A DNA stretch of 64,000 nt from NCBI RefSeq assembly GCF_009834535.1, contig NC_045697.1:7442001-7506000 (forward strand), in the 5' to 3' direction. Positions within the stretch are counted from its first letter, which is position 1; each line of letters opens with the position of its first letter. Position numbers and translations under genes: made by a program. The notes beneath the pieces are model-generated. The model had not been told where the DNA came from. It ran no database searches and worked only from the letters and a program-made list of their open reading frames with translations. This document shows positions 1 through 13,799 of this stretch, piece by piece. This DNA is from Camelus ferus (Eukaryota).

Positions 1-1711
1 TCACGACTTTGGGCTTACACTGAATGACGGCATGCAAATGAAAATGCATTCAATCTTCACATACAAATCATGGACAACCTATGTTATTCACCCTCTTTCC
101 AATATTTCGACAGCTTCTTCCAAGAGCTTGCATTTCTCATAATCCCTTATTAACCTAATATTCTGCTTCTACTCAATTCTCCCATCTGGTTTCTTCTAGT
201 TGTTCCCTTTTTGTACCAAATACTAATAAGAACAAAGCAAACCAACAAATAAACAAAAACCACTTGTCCTTTCACTTCTTAAGGCACTGCTCTGATGTGG
301 TCTTTGCTCCAAGTAGAGTTTAACTGAATTTGGGAAGTTAATGCCAACAAGGAAATAGCAAAGAGCAGATCAAAAACAAAAAAAAATTATAATAATTAAG
401 TACTAAGTAGCTTCAAGACAGCCAGCCCAAAGATCTATCTTTTGGATGCCTTATCTTCCAGAGTCCCTGCCTCTTATCTGGAACTTGGTCATTTCTTTCT
501 ATCACAAACCCTTGCATCTCTTTATTTCTGAGAATTCTTACCTTTTCCTTCCTGGACTGCCTATAGAAAACTTATGCTTTTATGCGAAACAATTACATTC
601 TCCTTACCTTAAGCCTAGACCACCTGGGTCTTAGCCTGAAGATTCTTTCCACACCAAATGTTCATCAACGGGTTTTACTAAAACACCGCTATATTATCTC
701 TAAAGAATTGTGCTGTTAGCTCTTAAATCATCTCTCCCTCCCACATTTACTCCCAAGCAAACTTTTCAACTATCTCAGAAATAATTCCAGGAACTATAAT
801 GTATAATGTCATCTAAGATAATGGGGGACTTCCCCCCAAAGATGTAGAGCAGATGTGGCAGCTAGACACGGTACGTTCTCTTCACACACCTAAGACTAAG
901 TATACAAAATTAAAAATAAACAGTGGGGGTCTCTCTGCAGAGGACGGATGATGTCATTCTAAGTCCTTCCCTGGAAATGCAGATCGTAGTGTAAAATCAT
1001 TGCATTTGCCAAGGAATTCTCTGAATGCTTTCTAGTTAATCACAGGCTCTGGTCCACTTTCTTCAAAAGATATCTCAGAAACACACCTCCCACTTAAAAA
1101 AAAGAAAAAAGAAAGAAAGAGAAAAAAAAATAAAAAAGAAACACTCTACAATTAAATGATTCATTCAAGAAAGCTGCATCCCAGAGGAGAGGTGTCATCT
1201 GCTATCTGTCAAACAATCTGGTTGGAGAATTTTTCCATGGCTGTTACGGACCTTGTGTGAGAAAATGCAGTTTAGACTGGCAGGTTCATGCAAACGCTGT
1301 CAGTCCGCTTTTGTGTTCACAGTGTGCAGCCACTTCTCAGCCTGGAGTGAACCTATGTGGCCTCTAAGTGGACGGTGGGGATGCGGGGCGGCGCCTCGGG
1401 GCTACAACCTTGGCTCAGATACACACTCAGTTCCAACTAGGAGTCATCAGCATTTCAGCACTTTCTCTGGGAGCCAAAAATACATATGGTTTGAAAAGCC
1501 TTGCATATATTTCGGTTACCAGTCTCCTTTGTTTTTCCTAAAATTAAAAAAAAAAAAAGAAAGAAAGAAAAAAGAAAACAGATACAATCTGCTTTCAACC
1601 AATCAATCCGTCTGTGTTGAATGTATGTCTAGAATTCCCCATCCTCTTTTGTGTTTTATCATTACCTACAGAAACTGCTTCATGATAAAAATGCGACAAA
1701 AATGGTTTGCT

Positions 1712-2087
1712 TCATCAAGTGAAATCAGGAGGCATTTGTCTTTCTCTCTGACTTATATGTGGAATCCAAAAAACAAAACAAAACAAGCAAAACAAGATAA
1801 AAGCTAGACTCAGCTACAGAGAGCAGGCTGGTGGTTTCCAGAGAGAAGTGAAGCTGGGGAGAGGGAATGGGTAAAGGAGGTCAAGAAGTGCAAACCTCCA
1901 GTTATAAAATTAATAAGCCATGAGCACGGAAAATATAGTTAATAACACTGTATTAACCTTGTATGGTGACAGGTAGAAGCTAGACTTACTGTGATGATTT
2001 GGAAATGCATACAAATGTCAAATCACGATGCTGTACACCTAAAACTAATATAATATTGTGTGTCAATTATACTGCAATAAAAAATAA
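1712..2087 (+). mobile_element. L1 3' end fragment (L1MA9-like)
   Basis: Typical L1 3' UTR: 'cttatatgtggaatc...tggtggtttccagag...tgctgtacacctaaaactaatataatattgtgtgtcaattatactgcaataaaaaa' ending in an A-rich tail. Confidence 0.85.
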
Positions 2088-2349
2088 CGTTTTGCTTCAA
2101 GTTGAGATGTTTTGCTTCAATTCATCACACAAGACCAAAGAGTTTCCTGTGTTGGAAAGAAAAGAGTGATTCGCACATATCCCTAAAACTCTTGGCATTT
2201 CTGCTCTAAGATGGGTTGCAATTGACTGCAAAGTTTTTACTTTTTTTCTTTTGGATTTTATAGCATTTATGATTGGCTGGATTAACAACATAATTTAACA
2301 AGTTAGAATACCCCCAAATATTTTGCCAGGAAGAGTGAGAAAAAAGATA

Positions 2350-2490
2350 ATTAACATTTGTTGTACACATACTTTACCCAGACACTGTAATAGACACTTT
2401 ACAGGCTTCGTTATTTAATCTTTACAAAAGCCTCATGACACAGGAGTTATGTGCCCACTTCCCAGGTAAGTTAAATAAAGTCTCAAACCA
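2350..2490 (-). mobile_element. MIR SINE fragment
   Basis: 'taacatttgttg...ccagacactgtaatagacactttaca...ttatttaatctttacaaaagcctcatga' resembles antisense MIR. Confidence 0.55.
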
Positions 2491-3944
2491 GCAATTCCAT
2501 GGAAGCGTTATAAGACGTTTAGACCACATTTTTCCAAGATGGGGAATTACCACATCCCATTGCGGTTAAATAGGGACTTTCTAGGGCAGGAATAAAAACA
2601 GAAAGAGTGAATGTGCTGCCAATATTTATATATTATTTTGTGTAGCTCACGTAAGCAATTAAGGAGAGATTTCATATGCATTCGCTGAAAGCATGTTGTG
2701 AACTCTGCATTTGAGCCTGGCTCCAGATACCTGTTAGAAGCCACAGAGGGAAATAAAACCTCATTAAATTATAGCCACACTGAGTTATTGATTCTAAGAA
2801 GTGTCCCCAGCTTCTCCACCAGCCGTCTTCACTAGTCTTGGTTCCAAAAGCTTTTGGCAGTTTTGAGATGATAAGTCAACTCTCAAACAGCCAAAATTTT
2901 GCCAAGAGTTGACACTGGTTAGTAAAGGAAAGAGTTAGCACCAAAGCAATTTTCAAAAGAACAGTTTCAGCAATGTTTTCAGCGATGACACCCCTATTGG
3001 TAGGAATGCAGAGCCCCTTTCAGGACAGTTAAGAGAGGAGCTGAATTCACTTCCACGTAGATGCTGAAAACATCACTTACATTACTTTCTTAAATCATAT
3101 GTGCCTGTATATAAAGAAATGTTCCTATTAGGTGTTTGTTTCTGTCATTAAAATATAATCTAATATTTGATGATGATATTCAGTGATATATAGATAGATA
3201 GATAATTTAGATTATATAAAAGTATCTTATACCATGTGTTGGTCTAAAAACCTGAAATATGTCTCTGCCTGTGTCTGTGTGTGTATCTAGAAGCCAAATG
3301 GATAGAATTTCGATCATTCAAGCAATGAAGTTGTATTATACCAGATATCTATTAATTTGGTGCTATAGCCCAAGGGAAAAAGATAAACAGAAGCCAAAGT
3401 TCAGAGGAAAAAATATTTTAAAACTTCTACTTAAAACAGAAAAGTGAGATGATCAATTAAGGAGCCAGAAGTTCAAGAAGTTAATTGAGATCCAGTCCAC
3501 TAAGAGCGTTCGATGTCAAAGTGATATCCTAATTATAAGCCTAATGCAACTTTCATCTGTTTGATACTTGCTGCCAAGGACAAGCTGTGTATAATTCTGT
3601 CCCAGGAAAACATACCAGTTCAGGAGTCAGGGGAGAATGTTACAGCTCAAAGAAGACCGCTGCCTACATAGGACAAAATCCGGCTGTTTGGTTTCTGTTT
3701 CAAAAGCAATCTTATTAGCAATGTGCTTTGTTTATTTGTTTGTTTGCTTTCTTTGTTTTAAATTTAAATAGGTCTTCAATATCAGTGAAGGAACAGTGGC
3801 TCACATAGCGAAAACATGGAATTAACAAGGGTGAAGACTCGGAAGAAGTAAAACCATCAACTCCTTTTGCCGCATTAGTTTTCTGTGTCTGATATAAACT
3901 ACTACTATTTTAATGATGTTTCTTACAAATGAATAAACTGACTT

Positions 3945-4050
3945 TTTACAAATTAAGTTTATGGAGGTAAAATTTACATAAAATCAAATTCACTCGTTTT
4001 AAATTTTCCATGAGCTTCGACAGATGTCTGTACCTCTATAACCACGAACA
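3945..4050 (-). mobile_element. Old L1 (L1MB/ME-like) 3' terminal fragment
   Basis: 'tttatggaggtaaaatttacataaaatcaaattcactcgttttaaa...atgagcttcgacagatg' resembles the antisense L1MB/ME tail. Confidence 0.55.
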
Positions 4051-4615
4051 TAACACACCCACTGCAGATATACATACATACAAACATGCCCTGTATTCCT
4101 ACAAATGCATATGCATGATATCCTTATACATGCATATTATATACATAAGTTGTTTATGTCTTTGGTTATGTCATGAGCGGTGGAACTCTAGTTGCCAGGT
4201 GACATGGTGATGTAATATGAAACACATTCAACTGGAAACCAGGAAACCTAACATTGGTGCTTGAGAGTGGCTGATAAATAGATCCCTCTTGTGCAACCAG
4301 GGTCTGCGGCCTTTTGACAAATAAGGTAAGATAATAAAGTTAAAAGGAGAGAGTTCGGAGCATTTTGTGTCAGTTTAAAGAGCAGACTGTATGCCTCCCT
4401 TCCCAACTCCGCACTCGGCTTGTTGAAACAAGCCCAGGTGTGGTTATTCACAGCATAGAACTTTGCAGATGCTGCAGATCTGGGTTTCTGCTTCTCTCTT
4501 TCCCTTGGACAGTTAGTTGCTGAGCACTGATCAGCACACCTTTGTTAAGAGACTAAACTGCTGCTGTCATTACTGGCAGAGGGAGCACTGGTGAAGCGGG
4601 CGCCGTCTTGCTTAC

Positions 4616-4671
4616 CTGTGGATGTAGATCTCCCCTTCCCATCCAGGCAACAATGAAGTGGTGAAGTCCAT
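4616..4671 (-). CDS. Possible partial coding start MDFTTSLLPGWEGEIYIH + 2 nt (phase 2); alternatively ATG at 4642 gives MGRGDLHPQ (phase 0), or the exon is entirely UTR
   Basis: ATG at 4671-4669 in context gacATGG (purine at -3, G at +4), open to the donor at 4616. Protein not recognised. Confidence 0.25.
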
Positions 4672-4850
4672 GTCCAGGATGACCGGGCTTTCTGACAAAC
4701 TCACCGCACAGCCAAGGGCTGTCAGAACTGATGCCCTACACAGGCAGTCCAGCTCCAGAGAAGAAGAGGAGGGGCATCTCTACGTATGTCTGTCCTCGCT
4801 TCTACGTGCTCCAAGCAGAGAAGCAATCCATCTCCTGAGGAAGGAAGGAG
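4616..4850 (-). other. Candidate first exon of an unidentified minus-strand gene (5' UTR, possibly with the start codon)
   Basis: Plus-strand cttac|ctg at 4611-4618 reads CAG|GTAAGC on the minus strand. The surrounding sequence is non-repetitive and moderately GC-rich. A TATA-like element lies ~30 nt upstream of the inferred start. The TSS is approximate. Confidence 0.6.
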
Positions 4851-4960
4851 AGGAGTCAAAGAGGGGACAGAAGTTTTATGCTAATAGAACCCTTTTACTT
4901 GAAAGAAGATAGCAAATGTGGAGAAGAACCCTCCCACACCTGCCGCGCACCCCGATACTG
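4851..4960 (-). promoter_or_regulatory. Candidate core promoter: CATAAAA TATA-like box (4880-4874) plus a GC/CACCC-rich patch with E-box CAGGTG (~4930-4955)
   Basis: Minus strand reads ggggtgcgcggcaggtgtgggagggttc...ttagCATAAAActtctgtcccctctttgactcctctcc. Confidence 0.45.
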
Positions 4961-6296
4961 ATCTATGTCTATTTTGTTTCTCAAGTTCTTGGGCCCATTA
5001 TGAATGCTATTATAAGAGTAGATTTGACTTCTTTAAAATCACTTTTTAAAATTGCCTCAGATAATTTGAGAGGGCCCTCTGAGTGTCACACTTCTATTCT
5101 CTACAATTCTAGGTTTCTATATCTGTAGTTTGCTGCAACAAAATCTTGAAATCTATTTCACTGCATTTATAAATTCTAAACACCTGCAGCTCTGCATTCC
5201 ACAGCCCGCCTCTCAGCAGGTCGCTTTGAAAGATTTTAATGGAGGGCAAATGGAAGAGTGCCCTGACCTCCTTTTATATGGGACCAAAGTCAGAATGAAC
5301 AAATAAGCTGTTACATTAGTATAAATGTATGCATATTTATAATATACGTATAATGGATCTGTTCTACCTTACCAGTTAGCAAAACTGAAGTAAATCTTTC
5401 TTTTCCTTTCTGAGTTAAAGGTCAGAGAGTGTTGCCTTTTCCCACGAAGGGATGTCTAAGGGCAGATTTTTGCTGATTTGATGTTATTCAGTAATTGTCA
5501 AGAAGGTCAGAGACCTCAAGAACATGCTTGTCCATCTTCTGTGCTTCGCCTCTTTCAAAGTCCTTATCATCCTCTAATGTAACTTGCTTCTCATCAGCCC
5601 ACTCATTCCTCCAGGGCACGGTTTATGTCTTTCATCTGTATCATGAATGTCCAGTAGAGTCCTCGGCGTGGTAGAGCTGGTGATGTCTACTAAATGACTC
5701 AGGGACCACATGGCGAGTAGAGACACTCTGAAATACTTGCTTGCCTCATGCTCTAAGATACATCTGCTTGTCAGGACTCAGCCACCTAGTTTCCATGCCT
5801 TGATAGCTGGAGGTTTCAGAGAAAAAAAAAAATCTAACAACATGAAACCAACCAACCAGACAAAAAAATCAATTATTGTGTGTGTTAACTAAAAGTAACC
5901 GCTTGATCCCAACTCAGTTCTGAATTCTAATACATCACCTTGTATCCTTTTAATGGAATTTGACCTCAAACATCAAGAGAAAATGAGGACTCCAATGAGC
6001 CTGACTGCCAATGACTGTTGTGGAAATCGTTTCGTTTGATCTTCTAAATCATGGGAACTCCTCTCCGCAGGAGGCAGGACATTTTTGCATGGTGAGAATT
6101 GCTGATGTTATAACTGCTATCAAGTGAGAGCAAGCAGACACAATGATTTGCAAAACCAAATTTTAATCATGAAGACAAAGCCAAAGAGGAAGAGAAAGTA
6201 AATTTTCCAATTTTGCTTTTACTTAACGAGAAGCAGTATTACATAACACACTAAATAATTTATGTATAATGTAATGTAAACGAAATGTAACACTAA

Positions 6297-6953
6297 TGTA
6301 GAAGAAAGAAAAAATTTGCACCAGTCTCAGATTAAAAATACCAAGAGCAATTTCATTCAGACGACTGTAGTAGGGGAGAGATTTCAGTGTAAACTGAGCT
6401 CAATCCCAATGAAACAAAAAGCAGGATGCTTCCCCAATGCTGGGCTGTGCTACAGGGGAAATACTGAAGGACACTGAGGAAGGGGATGGCCAGTGTGATT
6501 AGACCATCTGTGTTTGCTAACTGGTGCTGCATGAAGTTAGGATCCTACCCTCCCACGTGAAGGGAAACAGGGACTCCATCTTTCTGGATGATTATATTTC
6601 AAAGACATGGTTCCTGGGTCCTTGAGAAAGCCATTCCTCGGTTGTGGAAGATACATCTCGCAGGAACAGAGAAAGGATTTAAGATGACAAATTCTCTACA
6701 GTAAAGGCTCTCAGGAAACGGATACTGGGGGCCTGTGTTTAGGTCTTGGCTGGAACACAGTGAACTCTTTTGGCAGAGTTGAGCTTCCTCAGGGAAGCTT
6801 TTTAGGAGATGGCAGTCCCTGTAGAGTCACAGCTGATGCTATTAGAAGCCATACTGGAGTTGTTTATTAAGTCTCTCAGTGGGGGGGCCGGAGATGGGGA
6901 AACCGAGGGAAGGGTGGACAGACGTGTTCCTGCCCAGTCTTCTGCAGTTCTCC
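6297..6953 (-). mobile_element. ERV1-like solo LTR (old, MER34/MER4-group-like)
   Basis: On the minus strand it ends ...ttttctttcttctaCA. It shares the 'aactgagctcaa...tgaaacaaaa' block with the LTR fragment at 52221. No clean TSD. Confidence 0.6.
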
Positions 6954-7189
6954 CTGGTAAGAAAGGACATTAGTAATGTCTATTTTGTAAATTATACACA
7001 TATTTTGAAGAGGAAATAGTTGCCACATTCATTCTGAATGATTGTAGAGATTAAACCATAAAGGAAGCTGACACAAGAGCAAATTATTTTTATCATCAAT
7101 TTATGCACATCTGTGCAAACAATGATTTCTTTAAAGTCCTTGGTTTTATTTGTGTGCACTTGGGATACATTTGGTTTTAATAATCATCA

Positions 7190-8680
7190 TTCTTATCGAG
7201 GTATGGTTGATTTGCTAGTTATATTAGTTTCAGGTATATAATATAATGCTTCAAAATTTGTATAGCTTATATTCCATTTAAAGTTATGAAGTATTGTCTG
7301 TATTCCCTGTGCTGAGCTTATTATTTTATTCATAGCACTTTGTGCCATTTAATCCCCTACCCCCAACTTGCCCCTCCTCCCTTTCCTCTCGGTGTTGATA
7401 CTCACTAGTTTGTTGTCTGTAGCTATGAGTCGGTTTCTGTTTTGTTATATTCATTCCTTCATTCTACCTTTTAGATTCCACATATAAGTGATAACACACA
7501 GTATTTTTCTTTCTCTGCCTGACTTATTTTACTAAGCGTAACACCCTCCATGCTCATCTAAGTTCTTGCAAATGGCAAAATTTTGTTCCATTTTATGCTA
7601 TACATATATGATGTGACATATATATATATATATATATCACCTCTTCTTTATCCATTCATCTGTTGATTGGACACTTGGGTTGCTTCCACGTCTTGGCTAT
7701 TGTAAATAATGCTGCTATGAACATTGGTGCATGTATCTTTTCCAAGTAAAGATTTTGTTTTGTCCTGACCCAGAAGTGAAATTGTTGAATCATATGGTAG
7801 TGCTATTTTTTTGTTTTTTGAAGAACCTCCATACTGTTCTTTAGAGTGGCTGCATTAATTTGCATTCACACCTGCAGAGTTCCTTTTTCTTCATACCTTC
7901 ACCAGCATGTGTTATTTGTGGTCTTTTTGATGATAGTCATTCTGACAGGTGAGAGGAGATATGGCATTGTTGTTTTGATTTGTGTTTTTCTGATGATTAA
8001 TGATGTGGATCTTTTCCTGTGCCTTTTGGTCATTTGTATGTCTCCTTTGAAACATGTCTATTCAGGTCTTCTACCTAAATTTTAATCAAGTTGTTTGCTT
8101 TTTGATATTGAATTTTATGAGCTGTTTATATTCTAAATATACATAAATATTAAAATATAGTTCAATGTTAACCTCAGTCATATTATTTGCAAATATTTTC
8201 TCTCATTCTGTAGGTTGTCTTTTCATTTTGTCAATTTTTGTTTTTGTGTGCAAAAGTTTTTAAGTCTAACTAGGTCCCATTTATTTATTATTATCTGTTT
8301 CCTTTGCCTTAAGAGACATATCCAAAAAAAATTGTTATGATTTATGTCAAAAAGTGTTCAGCCTGTTTTTATTTTTTTCTAAGTTTTATGGTTCTTGTTC
8401 TTACATTTAGGACTTTAATCCACTTTGGATTTAATTTTATATATGATGTGAGAAAAAGTTCTAATTTCAATTTTTACATGTAGCTGTCCAGTTTTCCCAG
8501 CACTGCTTACTATGTTTTCCCCATCATATGCTTTTGCCTCCTTTATTGTAGATGAATTGACCATAAGTGTGTGGTTTATTTCTGGGCTCTCTATTCTGTT
8601 CCATTGATCTATGTGTCTGTTTTTGTACCAATACCATAACATTTTGATTCCTGTAGCTTTGTAATATACTCTGAAGTCAG
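7190..8680 (-). mobile_element. L1 fragment (ORF2 C-terminus + 3' UTR, L1MA9-like)
   Basis: ORF 8415-8642(-) translates [21 protein letters not shown], a canonical L1 ORF2 motif. Antisense 3' UTR 'tagattccacatataagtgata...' is present, with (TA)n at ~7617-7637. Confidence 0.95.
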
Positions 8681-10559
8681 TATATATCTGTTTCAGACAC
8701 AGACCCTGCTAATTTTGTCCTTTGAAAATAACACCCTCTGGAATGTGTGTGATTCCACCATTTTCCTTCCCTTTCAATAAAAGACAATCCTCATGGTTTG
8801 GCCGGTGAGATACTTCTTGGATTTAGCACTTGGGCCCCACACTACTACCCTTTGTCGAGCAGAGTTCTCCTCTACTCTAGTGTGCTTGTCTTTTTCTTAT
8901 TATTCAGGAACTAGGGTGATCTTTATAGAATTTATGTTTAATTAAACTCTCTAATGGGTCTCCATTATCTAAAAATATAATAGATTCAGTTATAAATTAC
9001 TTATTAACCATCTGTTGCATGCCAGGTATTGTGTAATGCTCCAAAATCCAAACTTCCATAGCATGTCTTTCCAATCATATTTCTTGATAGTCTCAGAAAA
9101 CCTGATCCTATTGCCCATATGCACAGCAATATTGATTGGTCCCTGTGTGCCCTGAACTCTGTCTTATCTCAATACTTTTGCAAATTCTAATTCATCTGCT
9201 AAGAACGCCACTACCTAGTTTCCATCTGGTAGAAGTTTTCTTCACAGCTGTATCTCACTACCTCTAAGCTTACTTAATGGTTCTCCCCTCTGGGGTCCCT
9301 CAGTCTTTGTAGTAATCTCTGTAACACCACATACCTGATCACCTGGGAATTGTAACACTAGATAGAGCTCCTTTACAGCTGAGCTTCTTACTTGATCATA
9401 TTTATAATTTTAGTATTCTGTTACATCACTAAAACTCACTTATTTTACTTGTTTCTTCACAGAAGACATATTTACCAAATATGCATGAGCAGACTCTCAA
9501 TCCATCTAATATTCCTTGAATGGAGCACAAGAAAGGGAAATCATAATTCATGGAACTCAATAAGGAAAAAAAATTGGGGCTTAAAGTGAATAATTATAAT
9601 GTTGACTACCGTGTTCTAGCATCCTTTACTTTGGAGAATGTTCCTATCATTATATTAAGTTTGTTTTGTTTTGTTTTTTGGTAAACTCTATAACCAGTGT
9701 AAAACACATAGCCTGTAATTGACACAGAATAAGAACTTCACCAACACTGATGGTCGAATGAAAGATTTCATGAACGCTGGCCCACCAACTGCATGATTTA
9801 TCATATCTTGATAAGCTCAGGACTACAAGCCACATTCTCACGTGTTTATCTCATGTATTTGCAAAGAAAGCAAATATATTCATGCAACATTTTTAGTTTT
9901 TCTTAGGAAAAAAAAAAAAGACAGTGGAGACTGAATAAAAGTTTAATAGAAATAAGGGCTGCTTTCCGTTTAGGATAGACCATGATTTGAGTGAATGTGA
10001 ATTCGTTATCTACTCCCAAATGTGGACATTATAAATAATTCACATAGTCTTGTTTTTCTGTTCAGATAAGACAGTACTAATTAAAAACAGAACAAAAACA
10101 AAAACAAAAAAATCAAAAAAGTCCCCAAAATAACGGATTATGTTGGCCTCCAAAGCCACTGATTTTGTGTGTGGCCTGATTTTCCCTTTGTTGAATTTTT
10201 TTTTTTTTCTCTTTCTCTCTCTTTTATCCTCAAAAGAAGCGGAAATGAACTTTGGATCCACATTCACTCCAGATAGCCAAGGGTGGATCTTATCATGGTA
10301 GAAGAAGCAGAGCAAAGTCCTGGTTACATATCAAAATATTTATTGCTCTCTGACTGGGGTAAAGGTGTGGTGGCTTTATCACCCTATTGCAGGTTTCCTA
10401 TGACTCTAGCAGAGGAAATATTCTAATGAATTTGCTGTCATCATGAACCTTTCCTTTTTTTTTTTCTTTAGAAATAAGCTGACCAGATGTGCTACTTCTA
10501 GTTTGAAGAGATCACTGTTTGATTTAATATATATTGAGATCACCACAGAACATAACCCA

Positions 10560-10690
10560 GAATCACTGAATAAATATTTATTGTATGTCATCTGTATTCT
10601 TAACACAATGTTGGGTGTGGCTGAAATACCAAATGTTGGTACAAAATGTCTTCTAGTCAAGAAATGATCGGTCTTATAGAAGAGATACTA
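10560..10690 (-). mobile_element. L2 3' fragment
   Basis: 'tgaataaatatttattgtatgtcatctgtattcttaacacaatgttggg' resembles the antisense L2 tail. Confidence 0.5.
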
Positions 10691-11004
10691 TACACACTCA
10701 GCACATCACAGTCTAATCTGCTTGTAATCCATATCCAAGAAAAAACAGATAGCATGTTCCCTGGAAATTTAGAAGAGATTTTGATTACTCAGGTGTGGTC
10801 TTCACTGATTTCAGGACAGAATACTTTAGTTGAATACTGAGCATTGATAACAATCTAATCAAGCCTGGGGATGCCACATACCATTTCTCTGCAATTGAAA
10901 TTTGGAAACAAAATAATACAAAAAGCAATTTAAGTTTAAAGCAACTATGAGAAAGTAAATTAAAAACAGAGCATAAACCAATGAATTGAAAGCAGGAGAA
11001 CAAC

Positions 11005-12910
11005 AGGGAAAATCAACATAACCAAAGCTGTTTCTTTGAAAAGATCAGTAAAATGTATAACTCTAGTACAGGGTAGCCGGGGTTGAGGGGGAACAGAGAA
11101 AAGAGGAGACACTCATCACCAGTGTCAGAAGGGAAAGAGGGGCTTATCTCTAGTGAGCTCATAGACATTAAAAGAATAAAGACAGAATACAACAAACAGC
11201 TCTGTGTTCACAGATGTGATGACTTACATGATGGGGACCTACCCCTTAAAACACAAACTACCAAAATGTATACGAGGAGATGCAGATTATCTGAATGAGT
11301 CTAAATGTAATGATGAAATTGAATCAATAATTAATAACCTTTAAAAAAAAAAGTAAGCATCAGACCCAGATGTTTTAATTATTAAATTATACCCAGTATT
11401 TAAGGAAGAAGTTATACCAGTGCTCCATACCTCTATTCCAGAAAACTGAATTAGGGGGAGCACTTTCTAACCCTTTGTTAGAGGCCAGTATTATATTCAT
11501 ATCAAAATCAGATAAATATATTACAAGAAAGGAAAACTACAGACCAATATTTCTCATGAACAGATGAAAAATTCCCCCCAAAATGTTAGCAATTAGAATC
11601 CAAGAAAATATATATAGAAATAATTGTAGATTATAGCCAAGTAGGCTTTATTCCACGTATGTGAAGTTTCAGCATTTTGAAATTATTGTAATTAACTACA
11701 TCAACAGACTAAAGAACAATCAGATGATCCTAGCAGTTGACATGAACACATCAAATGTATTGACAAAATCCAAGGCTCATTCATGGTTAAACAAACAAAC
11801 CTCCCAGTAAACTAATAAAGGAGAACGTACTCAATTTGATTAAGAACATCTACAAAAAAGTCTACAGCTAATATCTTATTTAATATTGGTAAATTAGATG
11901 CTTTCCAAGATTGGAAACAAAGTAAGGCTATCCTGTCTTATCACTCCTGTTCAATACTGTGCTGAAAGTCCTCACTAGTGCAATAAGACAAGAAGATAAA
12001 ATAAAACACACAGATTTAAAAGGAAGAAGCAAAAAGATTTATTCATAGGTGACAAGATTATCTATGTAGGGAATTCCAAGAAATAGACAAAACACTCCTG
12101 GAACTAATAGGGGAAGATGGCAAAATTGAAAAGTACAAGATTAATACAAAAAATTCGATGTATTGCTCATATACCGGCAAAGAGCAATTCTGAAATGAAA
12201 TTAAATTTAAATTTGATTTTAAAAGAAACCAGTACTAATGCCCAAATATGGAATAAATTAAGCAACAAGATAAAGTAATATTGAATTATTGCCCCAAATA
12301 AAAAAAAAAAATAAATATCTGCAAGTCCACACTGATGTAAATAAATGACTGAAGAAATTTGTAGGGGAAAAGAGACAAATCTCCATGCAGAAGAACTTCA
12401 AATAATTTATGGAAATATTCTCCCCTTAGGAGATGTAAAAAACTCCCAATTCCTTAAGTGTGGGATGCTCTTTGACTTCTTACCAAAGAGTACCGTGTGG
12501 AAAGGGAGAGTAATACACACATATAATACATTTATGGTGGAGAAGTCTGGGACATACTACTTTAGGTAGGTGGTCAAGGTCAACATCAATAGTGGTAAGT
12601 CATGCTGAAGTCTGAGGAAGTGTCACGGCCAAGAGAAGCCGTGGGAGTCTAAATTTAATACGGAATTTTGAAACAGAAAAAGGACATTAAGTAAAAAGTA
12701 AGAGAATCTAAATAAAATATGGACTTCAGTTAATAATAATGGATCAATATTGGCTCATTGATTATAACAAATCCCCATACTAATGTAAGATATTAATAAA
12801 AAGAAAACTATGTGGGAATATATGAGTGTACAGGAGCCATTTGTATTATCCTCCCAATTTTTCTGTAAATTTAAAGCTGGTGTAAATATAAAGTAAAAAA
12901 AAAAAAAAAT
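11005..12910 (+). mobile_element. Degenerate L1 (ORF2 RT region joined to an L1MC-like 3' UTR)
   Basis: 'aaaatcaacataaccaaagctgtttctttgaaaagatc' (KIN..KSWFFEKI relic), 'aaactacagaccaatatttctcatgaac' (NYRPISLMN relic) and 'ttgacaaaatccaa'. L1MC-type tail 12230-12910 ends in poly(A). Confidence 0.9.
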
Positions 12911-13799
12911 CACCCGTTCTAAGACATAATTGTGACAATGCTACAAATGAAACCGAAAAAATCTTGAATTTTGCATTAAAAGTATTAAGCTTCTTTTCCT
13001 TTTCTGTTCCTTAGAAACCTGATGACCTTGGAAACATTATTCAGTATTTTCAAACATCACTTTCGTCATCTCAGGAACAACTACTGTATTTTCCCCTCTC
13101 CTTCACAGTACTGCTGTGAATGGGGAAAGACATATACGTTCATGTAGAGACAGATATGACAGAACACAAAACACTCCAGGAGAACTGAGGTAGAAAAGTT
13201 ATAACATAAATACAAAACAAGCACCATCGTTCTAAAAGGGAGGCTCAAAGAAAGGTCCAAGCTGTTGGTTATATTTAAAAATAATTGAACTGCTATGTAT
13301 GTGAGCTTGTTCTAATTTAACTTCTTCAGATTAGTTTTATGACCTCCAGCAAGCCACTTACCCTCTTTTGCTTTTAATTTCTCATCTATAAACCAGCCAT
13401 GCTATTTTCTCCCTAAATTTACTGTTGAACTGCTAGTTACATAGTATCTAAGTAGCAATGTATGTCTTCATCCAATGGGAAGATCTGCCTCCATTCTTCT
13501 TATGAAAATCTTATCAGCCCAGGTCCCCTTTATTTCCTGATAAATTATGCTCATTTCATTAAGGTATCTCTGCTCTTCTCCGGTTAGTTGATTTTGGTGT
13601 ATCACCAAAGTCTTTGCTAACAAATAGTCTTTGACCCATAAACTTAAGTAAAACTCTCTTTATTCTATTCAGTCGAACAATCTGCTTTTTCCAGATAAAT
13701 TATTAAGTCTTAAACACCTTAAAAAATAAGTTGATATTACAACCTTTGCCTAACCTATGGAATTACAAGCCTACAATAGCCTCCTATTTCTCCAGTGAA

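Noticed and set aside
1253..1807. 184-aa ORF on the + strand
   Set aside because: Non-ATG start, runs through a poly(A) tract and into an L1 3' UTR; no recognisable domain
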